A stretch of 64,000 nucleotides of DNA from NCBI RefSeq assembly GCF_018350175.1, contig NC_058368.1, positions 215,824,001 through 215,888,000 of the forward strand, given 5' to 3'. Position 1 is the stretch's first letter, and every line of letters begins with the position of its first letter. A model generated the notes under the pieces. That model saw only the letters and a program-made list of their open reading frames with translations. It ran no database searches and was not told where the DNA came from. Positions 28,379 through 39,921 of the stretch are shown in pieces. This stretch comes from Felis catus. Lineage: Eukaryota. The position numbers and the translations under genes are program-made.

Positions 28379-28597
28379 TTTTTAAGTGTTTATTTATTTT
28401 GAGAGAGAAAGAGAGGCTGTGTGGACACATGTGCAAGCCAGGGAGGGGCAGAAACAGAGGCACCAAGAGAATCCCAAGCAGACGCCATACTCTCAGTGCA
28501 GAGCCAAGGTGGGGCTCAACATCAGGAATTGTGAGATCATGACCTGAGCTGAAATCAAGAATCAGACGCTTAACTGACTGAGCCACCCAGGTGCCCC
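28379..28597 (-). mobile_element. Can-SINE inserted in L1
   Basis: Full body; degenerate TSD TGTGATAAATACTATT / TGTAACAAATATTATT. Confidence 0.94.
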
Positions 28598-28797
28598 TGT
28601 AACAAATATTATTGACTAGTCACCTGGCTGTACACTCTATCCCCATGACTAATTTATTTTATAACTGGTAGTTTGTACCTCTTTATCTCTTTCACCCATT
28701 TTGTCTACACCTGAGCCTCCTTCCATTTAGACATATACCTACCACACTGTCATTTTACCAATATCACTCATTTTCCTATAGTTAAGTTGATGTTCAC

Positions 28798-29475
28798 TGT
28801 CAAAGATAAACAAAGCTGGACACTAGCTAAAGCAGTAGAGGCAGATTTTATTCAGTAACAACCATTGCAATATGGAAGAGAGTCCGGCATGAACTGAACT
28901 CAACTTCCCCCAAACAAGTGGCAGAGAAGGTTTTAAAGCTTGGGGTGTGCTAGGGGAAAAGCACCGAGGGTGAAGACAGGGTTTGGTCCATGCGACCAGG
29001 CCATCCATCTGGTTTGCTAGTCAGCACTTACTTGGAGGGGAAAGAAGCTTGTCGTGGTGCAACTTGGAGCATGGCTACCACCCAGTTAGGCCCTTCTCCC
29101 ACAGGACCAGGAGAGTGAGAATCATCTCCCTGAATGTTTGCTTTTCACAGAGATGGCTTTCAGATCATTGAGGAAACAGTTCTGGGTGATAGGTTTACAG
29201 CTCCAAGGTGAAAAAAATGATAATTGCAAACTCCCTACAGTAACAGTTGTCTGTGGCAGTTCAGGGGCCTATCTGCTTATCACCAGACTTTGGCTGGAAG
29301 AAAGGGTAAATAATCCTGGTGGCAGTGAGCTTCCTCAGGCAAGGGTTTTAGGGAGGCTGGATCATTTCAGGGACAAGCCCTTAAGATGCTGGAAGCCATA
29401 GTAGAGTTTGATCAAGCCTCTTAGTGCAAGGGTATGGATGGAATCATTGTGTGCCCAATGTTCTGGAGTTCTTAT
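28798..29475 (-). mobile_element. ERV1-class LTR (MER31/MER67-like)
   Basis: TGTCAAAGATAAACAAAGCTGGACACTAG..CAGATTTTATTCAG..ATTGCAATA resembles reverse complement of a recalled LTR 3' end, with minus-strand AATAAA. Confidence 0.6.
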
Positions 29476-30937
29476 TCCTAAATAATTTTCTGATTTTCAT
29501 TTACATTCCAATATGTATCACCCTGGTTATATAATGTACTAGCCAAAGGGTTGAAATATTTGATTACTACGGCAGTTTCATTTCCAGATTATATTATTAA
29601 ATTAACGTTCAAAGATTCTGTTTCAAAATGAGATTTGATAACACACCCCTTGTATAGATTAGTTTACAATTTACATGAAAACACTCGTGTAAACTATTAA
29701 AACATTCCTCCAGCAAATGGTGAAACTAAGAAGTTCCAAGACCCACACAAGTTGATGAAATTAAATTGGTAAACACAACTAAATATAGGTCTATTATGTT
29801 TTACATTTCCTAAGTCAGCAAGAATCTTTATCAATTAGAAAATCAAGGCTATTATTGAAGTTTCCAGAAAATCACTGGCAAAAGTAAAATGTTTTGGACA
29901 GTTGAACCTGCCCACCTGTAGATGTACTATGCCCACAAGGCCTAGAGGCAGAAACATAGCAGTCCTGTGGGCAGAGGGCACTGGAAAGTCCAATTTTCAT
30001 GTGCTTTGTCTGGAGACTGAATAAAATTTAATCTCAAATCCCTCGAGGCTGGGTTGACAAAAGAGTGTCATATACCAAAACTGGTCAAAAAGTGATGTAG
30101 TCACCCTGCCCTCCAGCAACAGGTATTGAGGAAGTGAGTGACCTATTTTTAAGGACCAGGAATACTCTGAACTCCAATATTGCTTAACACCCTGGTCCAG
30201 AAACAGTTTTCTCAAGTCAGGATAAGATAAAGGTATGAAGAAGAGAAAGAAGGAAAGGTGAAAGGAAGGAAGGGTGAGAGGAAGGGACAGACCCACAGAG
30301 GGAAAGGGGGACAGAGCGACAGAGAGGAGGGAGGAAGAGAAATAAATATTGTAGGTTAACACAAAGAAAATATCAACCTGATGATTAAGAGGCCTCAGCC
30401 CTGAAAATGTGCTTTATAAAACTGGGGAAAAAAATTTGTAAGGAAGATTTCCATGAAATATGAGTAAAAATTAATGAACACAGAATAGGTTAAAATGAAA
30501 AGTCAATAAGCAAGATAAAAATAGAAATAAATATGATTCCAAAGCATTGCATGAAAAAACAAAAAACAAAAAAAGAGCAAAACTAAAATAATATTGTAAA
30601 CGATATAGAAGAGAACTTACAATGCAAAAAAGTATAGCAATGTGGAGGGACAATTTGAAAAGCAATCCTAGATTTGAGAAGATAAAGAAATAGAGATAAC
30701 TGAGGTATAGGATATAGATTTTTGACAGAAATATGTATTTAGTATATACATTAAAAAATTAACAGGAGCTATACTGTAAGAAATAATGGAGGAACGATTT
30801 TTTTGAACTTGGAAAAACAATTTTAAAATTGTATTTTGAAGGAGCTTATAACCTTTTAGGAAAAATCAATGAAAATAAATCCATTTTTCTAAAATGCCAA
30901 GAAAGAAAGAATAATCTGCTATAATAAATTGCATCAT

Positions 30938-31152
30938 GGGGCACCTGGGTGGCTCAGAAGTCAACCGACTTCTGCTCAGGTCATGATTTGGCGGTCAGTG
31001 AGTTTGAGCCCCGCATCGGGCTCTGTGCTGACCGCTCAGACCCTGGAGCCTACTTTGGATTCTGTGTCTCCTCTCTCTGCCCCTCCCCTGCTTGCACTCT
31101 GTCTCTCTCTCTCTCTCAGGAAATGAATAAACATTAAAAAAATAAAATAAAA
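30938..31152 (+). mobile_element. Can-SINE (older host of a nested pair)
   Basis: Head at 30938; TSD AATAAATTGCATCAT at 30923-30937 and 31404-31418 brackets both SINEs. Confidence 0.95.
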
Positions 31153-31385
31153 GGGGCGCCTGGGTGGCGCAGTCGGTTAAGCGTCCGACTTCAGCCAGGT
31201 CACGATCTCACGGTCTGTGAGTTCGAGCCCCGCGTCGGGCTCTGGGCTGATGGCTCGGAGCCTGGAGCCTGTTTCCGATTCTGTGTCTCCCTCTCTCTCT
31301 GCCCCTCCCCCGTTCATGCTCTGTCTCTCTCTGTCCCAAAAATAAATAAACGTTGAAAAAAAAATTAAAAAAAAAAATAAAAAAA
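31153..31385 (+). mobile_element. Young feline Can-SINE inserted in the A tail of the preceding SINE
   Basis: GGGGCGCCTGGGTGGCGCAGTCGGTTAAGCGTCCGACTTCAGCCAGG; CpGs intact. Confidence 0.97.
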
Positions 31386-31548
31386 ATAAATAATAAATAA
31401 ATAAATAAATTGCATCATAAAATCCTAAATTTTCCAAAGTCATTTACTTAATTTTATTTAGAAAATCACAACTTTTAACTTTTTTTCTTTAATTGGGAAA
31501 GCCAGAGTTGTGCCTCCTAATTCAGTCTGAGTAACAATGGAGTGTGTG

Positions 31549-31931
31549 AGACATTCAGACGTGGTCTGGATGACTCCACGGGTGGGACCCCCCCTCACGT
31601 GCACAGCCTGGATATCGTCCTTCAACATTGTGGGAGACCTGCTGCGGAAAGTAGGGGCGCTGGAGTCCAAACTTGCATCCTGCCAGAACTTCGTGTAAGA
31701 TCAGTCCCCAAACTGAACCAGCGCCCAAAGATCAGTCCCCAATCCGAACGAGGCCCAGCCTCCTCGGGGCGGTGGAACAAACACAGAGACGGTGGTGAGA
31801 GACAGCCAAGCAGAGGCGCACCTCTAGGTGACAGAGGGTTGGGAAAACGCCTGGAATTTGGGAAGCCACCTTCACATATTTCCTCACCATCGCTGCTGTC
31901 AGCCCAGGCTGTAGTCAAGATGTTGCTTTAG
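31549..31931 (+). pseudogene. NDE1: Processed pseudogene fragment of NDE1 (nudE neurodevelopment protein 1), KMLL isoform C-terminus
   Basis: Contiguous intronless peptides [14 protein letters not shown] / [35 protein letters not shown] / GRWNKHRDGGERQPS..PLGDRGLGKRLEFGKPPSHISSPSLLSAQAVVKMLL* match the recalled NDE1 C-terminus; +1 C in 31588-31594, TAA 31696-31698, TGA 31714-31716, duplication 31697-31757. Confidence 0.93.
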
Positions 31932-32511
31932 GAAATCCAACCGAAGCCCCTGGTGTGTTGAGGGAGGGCATTTGTGACAATGAGGGGAGTTAATGCTATA
32001 TAGATGGATTTTCATTTATTTCACTGTTTCGGACCCCTTCCTTTCCTGCCTGTGAGTTTAGAACTTGTCTAGATTGCAGCTGTGCTTCTGGCTTTCTCCT
32101 CAGCTGCACATTCCATACAATCTCGGCTTCTGATGACTGGTTTCAATTTTAGCCAATGTTAGGTTTTCATTTACTTTTTTGTTTTCTCCTAAAATTGCGA
32201 TGAAACGTCTTAACAACGGAGGGATTTAGTGCTACCATTCTAATGAGGTGTTGCAAGGAAATGGAGACAAGATAAATGCTTATGATCTCTAAATTTTCTT
32301 GCATTGTTACCACATCATGGCACACTTCAATATAATTGAGGAACATACTGCAAATGACATACATCTTTATGATGTGGCAGGAAAGAGAAGAGTGACAGCA
32401 TATGAGAAAGGAGGGTCAGAGGAGAGAGGTAGGAGAGAGGTGCCAACTGCTTCACTTAACAGTGCCAACCAGGAGACATTTACATTTATTTGAACAAAAA
32501 ACAGACTTTTA

Positions 32512-32716
32512 GGGGCACCAGGGTAGCTCAGTAAAGCGTCTGACTCTTGGTGTAGGCTCGGGTCATGATTTCACAGTTGGTGAGTTTGAGCCCCATGTCA
32601 GGTTCTGTGCTGACAGCGTGGAGCCTGCTTAGGATTCTTTTTCCCTCTCTCTGTGCCCCTTCCCTGCTCACTCTCTCGCTCTCAAAAATAAATAAATAAA
32701 CATAAAAAAAAAAAAA
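32512..32716 (+). mobile_element. Can-SINE
   Basis: TSD AAAAAACAGA(C/T)TTTTA on both sides. Confidence 0.95.
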
Positions 32717-32732
32717 CAGATTTTTAAGTATA

Positions 32733-33230
32733 TGTAGGGAGAAAATTCTCCTTGAGTCTCATGTTTTTGCACACCTTCTGAACAAAAGCATTATTATTAT
32801 TATTATTAATTATTATTTTTGCCTTGGGCTATCTTTTCAAAGATGTTTTTGTAGAAAGCAGCCTTGGCAGATAGTGTCTCCCTCTGAGCAGCTTTTACTG
32901 TCTGGGATAATAAAGACAATAACTCTCACAGAGACAAGATTGGACAGGTTTGCTAGTAGCTCCTTACACAAGATGGGGCTTCTTTGTGTCCAGGCTCCTC
33001 CCTTGTAAGGCACCCCCACCGCATGTGAAAGGATCATCTGATCTTCACTCTGTTGCCCTATAAAAATTGCTGCTCATGGACCAAGCATGATCATGTGTCT
33101 GGAGCTACTGCTACTACATCAACTACTACATTTCCCTTTGCCTCTGGCAAAGTTATCTATGACTTTGTTGTAAGCTAACTTATTAGTTTGCAAGTAAGCT
33201 AAAAATCCAGACTCTCCACAGTTCTTGACA
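32733..33230 (+). mobile_element. Solo ERV1-class LTR (MER89-like)
   Basis: Starts TGT and ends ACA; 3' end TTAGTTTGCAAGTAAGCTAAAAATCCAGACTCTCCACAGTTCTTGACA; TATA-like TATAAAA at about 33059. Confidence 0.65.
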
Positions 33231-33370
33231 CTTGCTACTTAAACATACAACAGTCATCATCATAATTTAATCATAAACCAAAAATTTTGAAGTGTGTAAG
33301 TAATAACCTAAATTATTGTATACCTCAAGGGTAGTCAGTAAATAACGTCTTTTTTTAATTAATTTTTTGC

Positions 33371-33584
33371 TCTTTTTTTTTAATGTTTTTATTTATTTTT
33401 GAGACAAAGAGAGACAGAGCATGAACGGGGGAGGGTCAAAGAGAGGGAGACACAGAATCCAAAACAGGCTCCAGGCTCTGAGCTGTCAGTACAAAGCCCG
33501 ACGCGGGGCTCGAACTCACAGACCGCGAGATCACGACCTGAGCCAAAGTCAGATGCTTAGCCGACTGAGCCACCCAGGCGCCCC
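33371..33584 (-). mobile_element. Feline Can-SINE (younger) in the tail of the adjacent SINE
   Basis: CpG-rich body; flanking ATT(A)AATTTTTTG repeats. Confidence 0.95.
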
Positions 33585-33793
33585 TGATTAAATTTTTTGG
33601 AGAGAAAGAGAGAGACAGAGACAGAGAGAGAATGCACATGAGCAGGGGAGGGGCAGAAAGTGAGGGAGAGAATCCCAAGCAGGCTCACGTTGTCAGTGCA
33701 GAGCATGATGCAGGGCTTGAACCCACAAACCCTGAGATCATGACCTGAGCTGAAGAGTCAAATGCTTAAACAACTGAGCCACCCAGGCACCCC
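33585..33793 (-). mobile_element. Can-SINE (older)
   Basis: GAATCCCAAGCAGGCTC..CTGAGCCACCCAGGCACCCC. Confidence 0.94.
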
Positions 33794-35611
33794 AATATAA
33801 TATATTCTATCTATATATACACACCTAGTATAATCATGAGTAAATATCTTAGGTGTATAAATGTACACATAATATTACAATCGTGTTATGTAGAATAATA
33901 AAAAAGAAGTAACAAATTCAAAACTAGTTGCATCTGAGAAGTCTTTGAATATGGAAGTAAGACAGAGCATTGCAGTTTCTCACCAGATTTTTTTCTTTGT
34001 CATGAATTATATGATAATTAAAGCTAGGCATATAATCCTGTAACTATCCTGGTACAATTATCTAAGTGCTTATTTAAAAGAAAAAACAAACAAACAAACT
34101 TATTCTGATGTAGGTCTCTTTCTCTGCTACATGAAGTTCCAGAAGGCAATTGAAGTAACATCTGCAGAGTCTGAAGAAAAGTTTGAAGCACAGGAATATA
34201 TAATTAGTATTTTTTTTCTTTTGTGAATTGAAACAACAGAAAGCCATTCGCAGATACAAAGAATTTTGGAAAGACACCACACACATAGCTTTCTTAAAAG
34301 TATTTCTTAGATACCAAGTGGACTAACAAAAGTTAATCAGAACAAAGTTCAAGGATGGGAAATACATGGAATAAAATGTCTGGCAGATTGTCATAAGAGA
34401 TTATCAACGTACATAATTTCCAACATGTTCCAAGATTCCCTTGCATTGTCATTTTCTCAGGAAATCATTATTTAACTGGACACATAAATGATCATGTAAA
34501 GAAAGGAACATAGTGAGAAGCTCTTTTCATAAAGGTAGATGACTTAAATCTTAAGTTTATTATGATTTCATATTCCTTAGTAAACAAATAGAGAAGAATG
34601 GAAAAATCCCTCCTCAAAGGTTTTAGGAACACACAGAGAACTCTAATGAATAAGATTACATCATTTTAAAGCAAACTTATACTTTATTTATTAACTACGA
34701 GAAACCTATATCTATACCTATATTAAAGTAATTACTTCAACATCTTCTACTGTATTAGTGATTTAGGCTCTATAACTAAATGTCATGTATACATTCTTTC
34801 AACATCTTTGTATTCTCAATATTTAAAGAGTCACATCAGTTTGATTAAAAATTTTGCAACAATTGAATATGATGGTTTTCTAGTTTATAAATTCCATTTT
34901 CCTGTGAATCCTGTTAGGTGAAGTCAGATTTTAGGTCTTAAACATTCTTTGCATTTGGCAATATCAATTACCTGGATATGCAATATGGAAGTTCTTTACA
35001 TAACTCACCACAAATATTAAAACTTCTGATAATTATTACATTTTAGAGGTAAAACAAAGTAATTATGGTAAAGTGCTCTTCAAATGAGGAGTTTAGATGG
35101 TCAATAAAACTTTTACAGAAAGATGGACCATAAGTTTCACAGAGAAGACATTTCAATTCCAGAAAAAGAGCAAAAAGCATTTTCTTCTCCTCACTTTCAA
35201 AGATCACTGGAAAGAAAATCAAGTTATTCATGTCTCCAATTTCATCCAATTTGGTAGGAAAGAAAATATGATTTATTAAATTTGATTTGTAGCAATGTTT
35301 GGAATGATGATTGTGCTCTAGGACATGGCTTACATTGGTAGAAATTTAGAATTTATAAAAAATTTAAGGCACATTTTGCTTGAGGGGAAAAATAAATCAC
35401 ATACTGTCCTTTATTGAACAGTTCGAACTTATAAATTAGGTCACGTACATGAGGAAATCTTCTCCAAAAATATTTTCTATTTGTATTTCAGTGATCATTA
35501 TTGTGGCAAGAACAGTAAGTACAAGAATAAGCTCTTTATGTGTCTTTATGCCCTCATAATATCCTCAGGGTTGTTGTTCCCCATATCCAGGTACTGATGC
35601 GAACATCAGAT

Positions 35612-36005
35612 CTTTTTTTATATTATTATTTCAAGTTAGTATTTAAATTCTAGTTAGTTAACATATGGTAAAACTGATTTCAGGTGTAGAATTTAGTGAT
35701 TCATCACTTATATATAACACCCAATGTTCATCACAAGTGCCCTCCTTAGTACCCATCACCCATTTGCCCCATCCTCCACCCATCTCCCTCCATCAACCCT
35801 CCATTTGTTCTCTATAGTTATGATTGTCTTCTCTCCCTCTCTCTCTCTTTTTACCTTCCCCTATGTTCATATGTTTTGTTTCTTAAATTCCATATATGAG
35901 TGAAATCATATGGTATTTGTCTTACTCTGGCTAACTTATTTTGCTTACCACAATACACTCTAGCTCCATCCATGTCATTGCACACGGTAAGATTTCATGC
36001 TTTTA
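35612..36005 (-). mobile_element. Carnivore L1 3' end
   Basis: ATTTAAATTCTAGTTAGTTAACATAT..GATTCATCACTTA..ATATGAGTGAAATCATATGGTATTTGTC..GCTCCATCCATGTCATTGCA. Confidence 0.9.
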
Positions 36006-36089
36006 CATGTTCTGTTTCCCATTTATAGTTCTAAAAATAGTTGATTGCATTACAGGTCTTTTTTTAAGTGCATTAAAGAAACACCATAG

Positions 36090-36092
<3 letters not shown>

Positions 36093-36135
<43 letters not shown>
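36093..36135. repeat. (TA)n microsatellite
   Basis: Directly visible. Confidence 0.97.
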
Positions 36136-36138
<3 letters not shown>

Positions 36139-37025
36139 AAGTTTTAGATTACACTACATTTTTGTATTACCCATATGATGACACCCATACAGGGTGAAAT
36201 AGTCCACATTTTATATGATGATTGCTTATAAACATTTCTAAAGTAGGCATTCTATATAAAAAACACACTTTTGTGTAGTTTTAAAACAAAATGTTACTTT
36301 TAATAACTTCTCTTCAAAGCCAGCAATCATAAGGTTAGAATTTAAAGGACTGGCGATCGGTATAGAATTTTTATTATTTTGTTGTCTGTAGATACTAATA
36401 ACACCATATGGTCCATTGATGCTAACATCTGTCGCCCAGCCAAGTATTGATTAAATAACTTGGAATTATGTGAGGCACATGGGGAGTTAAAGGAGTTTTG
36501 ATTACACATTTATACATGTTTGATTTAAAACTGATCTTTAATCTAGTAGAATTTAAATGAAGTAAATATTAAAACAGAGATTTTTTTTTCTCACAGGAAG
36601 AAGTGTTTCTTATTTCTGTGCATTTATATACTGAATTTCTTAACAATAATTTAGACATATATGCAAGATATATAATTTCATTTTGCCTATTTGAAGATTT
36701 TTCATATTTTCATATGTAATCTTGTTACTCTTCATACTTGGTAATTTTAACTGGCAGCAAGGAAGATGATTTTTCACAGAAGTAGAGACTTCTCTTCTTG
36801 CAGATAGCCTTGGAAGACTTCCCAGATTTATTTAAATTGTTCCAATTCCCAATAATTTCCAAATAAATATCATTGGCTTATAGATGCCTACAGGTCAGGT
36901 TACATGAAATTGTATAATTATAATTCATAAGTCCACTCATCAAAATAGTATCTTTGTATTTGACATGCATTTCAATGAGACAAAAGTATTCAAGTATTCT
37001 AATGTCCAACTGTCAGCTTGAAAAT

Positions 37026-37071
37026 TAAAATAAAATAAAATAAAATAAAATAAAATATAATAAAATAATAA
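37026..37071. repeat. (TAAAA)n repeat
   Basis: Directly visible. Confidence 0.9.
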
Positions 37072-38121
37072 CTCATAGTTAAGCATACTGGATAAGGCTT
37101 AAATCGAACTATCACCTATATGTATGGAATTCATGCATATTGATGCACATTTACATAATATTTAGTTAATATTATGTGACTTTAAAGGTACTGTCCTGAA
37201 AACAATAAGAAAGCAGATTATTAGATGGTGAGTCTAATTACTAATCTATTAACTAATAATCAAATATATCATAAATACATGTTGTTATAATATAATGTGA
37301 ACCTAAATAGGATAATATGAATATTACAGTTTTTAAAATACTATACATATGACATTTCTAGAGAAACTAGCCCTGCTCTTGCCTTGCATTTAACCACCAT
37401 TATAACTTTAATTAATTTTCAGGATATTATTGGTTCATAATTAATGATGATAGGAAAAAACAACCTATGGGTCTAAAATATTATTTAAAAGAAAATATAA
37501 AAACAGTTATTATTACAAGTCATTTTAAAACACTTGTTAATGATACACTAAAAAATAATTGATAGGGATTGTAGGAACTAAATGAATATACTAACACATA
37601 AATATTTGTACTAACTATAAAAGAGACATGAAAGATGAGAGATTTATAAAAGGTAGAGGAAGGTATTAAAGGTTTTAAAGGTAGAGGAAGTATATGGCAA
37701 AATGTATTTCTGAGATTTGGAATATGCAAAGCTTTATTTTTTTTTTTAATTAAATGTTGGGAAAGATTTTCGTACTTACCTTTGCTCCAAATCTCCTACA
37801 TCGCATATGCCTCTAAGTCTTTTCTGAGTAATCCTTCCAAGAAAATGATTTTACTATTAATTTTTGAAGATAGACATTAAACCCTTTATGATCAAGGTGA
37901 TGGATGAAAGAGCAAGGAGAGAGATAGAGTTGAACCAGTTGCCCAGAGGTAGAAAAGCATCTAGAGACTATCAGATATTGTAGCCAAGTGGGAAATATGT
38001 AATTCTTCTAAATGTCAAAGGCACCACTCAGCTTCATGTCATTGCTGCTTTGTGGGAGTGCTACCCTGGTAGTACCAATTATTTTAATCTTTAATAGATT
38101 TTTCATGTGTCCTATTATGAA

Positions 38122-38311
38122 TTTTTTTTAAAGTTTGTTTATTTTTGAGGGAGCAAGGGAGGGGCAGAGAAAGAGGGAAACGAACCGAAGTAGGCTCCAG
38201 GCTCTGAGCTGCCAGCACAGAGCCTGACGCAGGGCTTTAACTTAACAAACTGCGAGATCATGACCTGAGCCGAAGTCCCACGCTTAACCAATGGGGCCAC
38301 CCAGGCGCCTC
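38122..38311 (-). mobile_element. Can-SINE
   Basis: Body motifs; TSD ATGAATTTTT. Confidence 0.94.
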
Positions 38312-38814
38312 ATGAATTTTTAAATATGGGGGAGTCAAAACATGTTTATGAACAAATTGCATTCCTATAAGTGTATCATAAAAGCCTTATGCATCCACTA
38401 AAGACTTTCATTTGGAAGGAAACATTACAATTTTGTTATGTGGATATACTCGGGTTTCTCTTCAGATCGCATAAATCTTTCATCTTTATAATTTTATTAT
38501 GTAGATTTGAATCTGAGGTATAAGATGATATCTTACGGTGTCAATAAAAAAAAGATAGTGCTTCTGGTATAAAGAGGTTTCCTCTGTTTCTTTACCAAAA
38601 TATTTTGATTTCCTGTTATTTATATGAAAGAGCTTTAGCCAAATATATTCTTTTGCTTGAATATTTTACCATTTAGAAACTTCATCTCTGTATATAATGC
38701 ATTTCTCTTATTTTTCTAGATATTGAAAGGACTACAGGTAAAAATTGTTACTGTATTTTAGCCATTATCAATAAACTCCTTGATAATTAGACAGTTTATT
38801 TTCCTCAAGTCGTT

Positions 38815-39165
38815 TGACTCATTCGCTCACAAATTTGCTCAGAGTTCCAACCATGTGAGAACTCTATTCTAGGCACCAAAATACCGAAGTAAACAAGACT
38901 GACAAAAGCTTGTCTCTAATGCTACTTATGTTCTAGTGGAAGACACTGACACTACCTATGATAAATAAAATATAAAACAGGTTACATTGTGAGGGGTGTC
39001 TGTGTTGGGAAAGAAAACTTTAATTGTTGGGAAGTGGGAGGGGGAGAGGAGAGCTCTCTCTCACGGTTTGAAACTTGGGTGACAGTGGTCGGGAAAACCC
39101 CACTGAGGAGGTGGTTCTGAGTAAAAAAAAAAAAATGAAATAACATATCTGGTAGGAGAATATGG
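38815..39165 (-). mobile_element. LINE-2 3' fragment
   Basis: CTCATTCGCTCACAAATTTGCTCAGAG..TTCTAGGCAC..AAACAAGACTGACAAAAG..TTCTAGTGG pattern typical of L2 ends. Confidence 0.65.
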
Positions 39166-39694
39166 TAGACTGAAGTTTCTCAATATTTTTTATATCATTA
39201 CCTGCCCTTTTAGGAACCTTGTCAGACATTCCTTAATTGCCCCCTGTACATGAAATTCAATACCTTCACATTTTGACCAGTAGGGTTGAACATTCGAGGG
39301 CCCAAACTTTTAATATCTCAGAATTGTTTCTCCCCAGGGAATACATTTTTCTTCTCTTGGGGGAAAACCTGTCCATTTTAAGAATGTGTTTTCTAGGCTT
39401 AGAAACAACAAATGCAAAAAACTTGAAATCCATTATACTGAAGTATGTGTCTGTCTAGCCGCATCAGGTTAGTGTTGGAGTTGGAGAGAATTAGTGAGAG
39501 AATCGTAAGAGAATAAGAGAGATTAGAGGGTGGAGAAATCATCCACGACCTTATTAGGCAAATCTTAGCTTTGACATTAATCAGAGGACTTTAAGCAAAG
39601 GAGCAATACGGTCTAACCTAAATTTTCAAAGATCACCTTGGTTGTTCTGCTGAATCTAGAGGGAATATGAGCATTTGGTCAACTTTTGCAATTA

Positions 39695-39850
39695 AGTCTG
39701 ATTTTGAGGGTCCAATGCAGAATGAAAATGTTCAGTTCTAATTAAAATGTTAAGAATTTAAAGAAGCGAAAAAGCAGAATATTAAGCCAAGGTGAGGATC
39801 CTTCTGTTTGCAGGGACCTACTGCACGGGTCACACACATAGGAAGCTACT
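39695..39850 (-). mobile_element. hAT-Tip100 MITE (MER91A-like)
   Basis: GGGTCCAATGCAGAATGAAAATG..TTAAGAATTTAAAGA..GCAGAATATTAAGCCAAG..CTGCACGGGTCACAC..GAAGC resembles reverse complement of recalled MER91A. Confidence 0.6.
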
Positions 39851-39921
39851 TCTATTTGCAGTAATTTTTGGATCAGAGTGATGACATTAGTGGTGGTGAA
39901 GGGTTTAAAAGTTGGATACTG

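Larger units (their letters stand above)
27961..28725 (-). mobile_element. L1 (L1MA/L1_Carn-like) 3' end split by two SINEs
   Basis: ATTGAAGTATAATTGA..AACATTATATTAGTTTCAGGTGTACAGCATA start; consensus-like sequence resumes at 28331-28378 and 28598-28725. Confidence 0.85.

Noticed and set aside
31457..31472. TTTAGAAAATCACAAC resembling TTTAGGAAATCCAAC at the NDE1 stop (31927-31941) as a candidate TSD
   Set aside because: Imperfect match that overlaps the native stop codon and lacks TTTT/AA geometry on the right; the TCATTTACTT pair fits better.
31697..31757. About 30-bp direct repeats suggestive of a CRISPR-like array
   Set aside because: Two adjacent copies with no spacer, inside a mammalian pseudogene; no cas genes.
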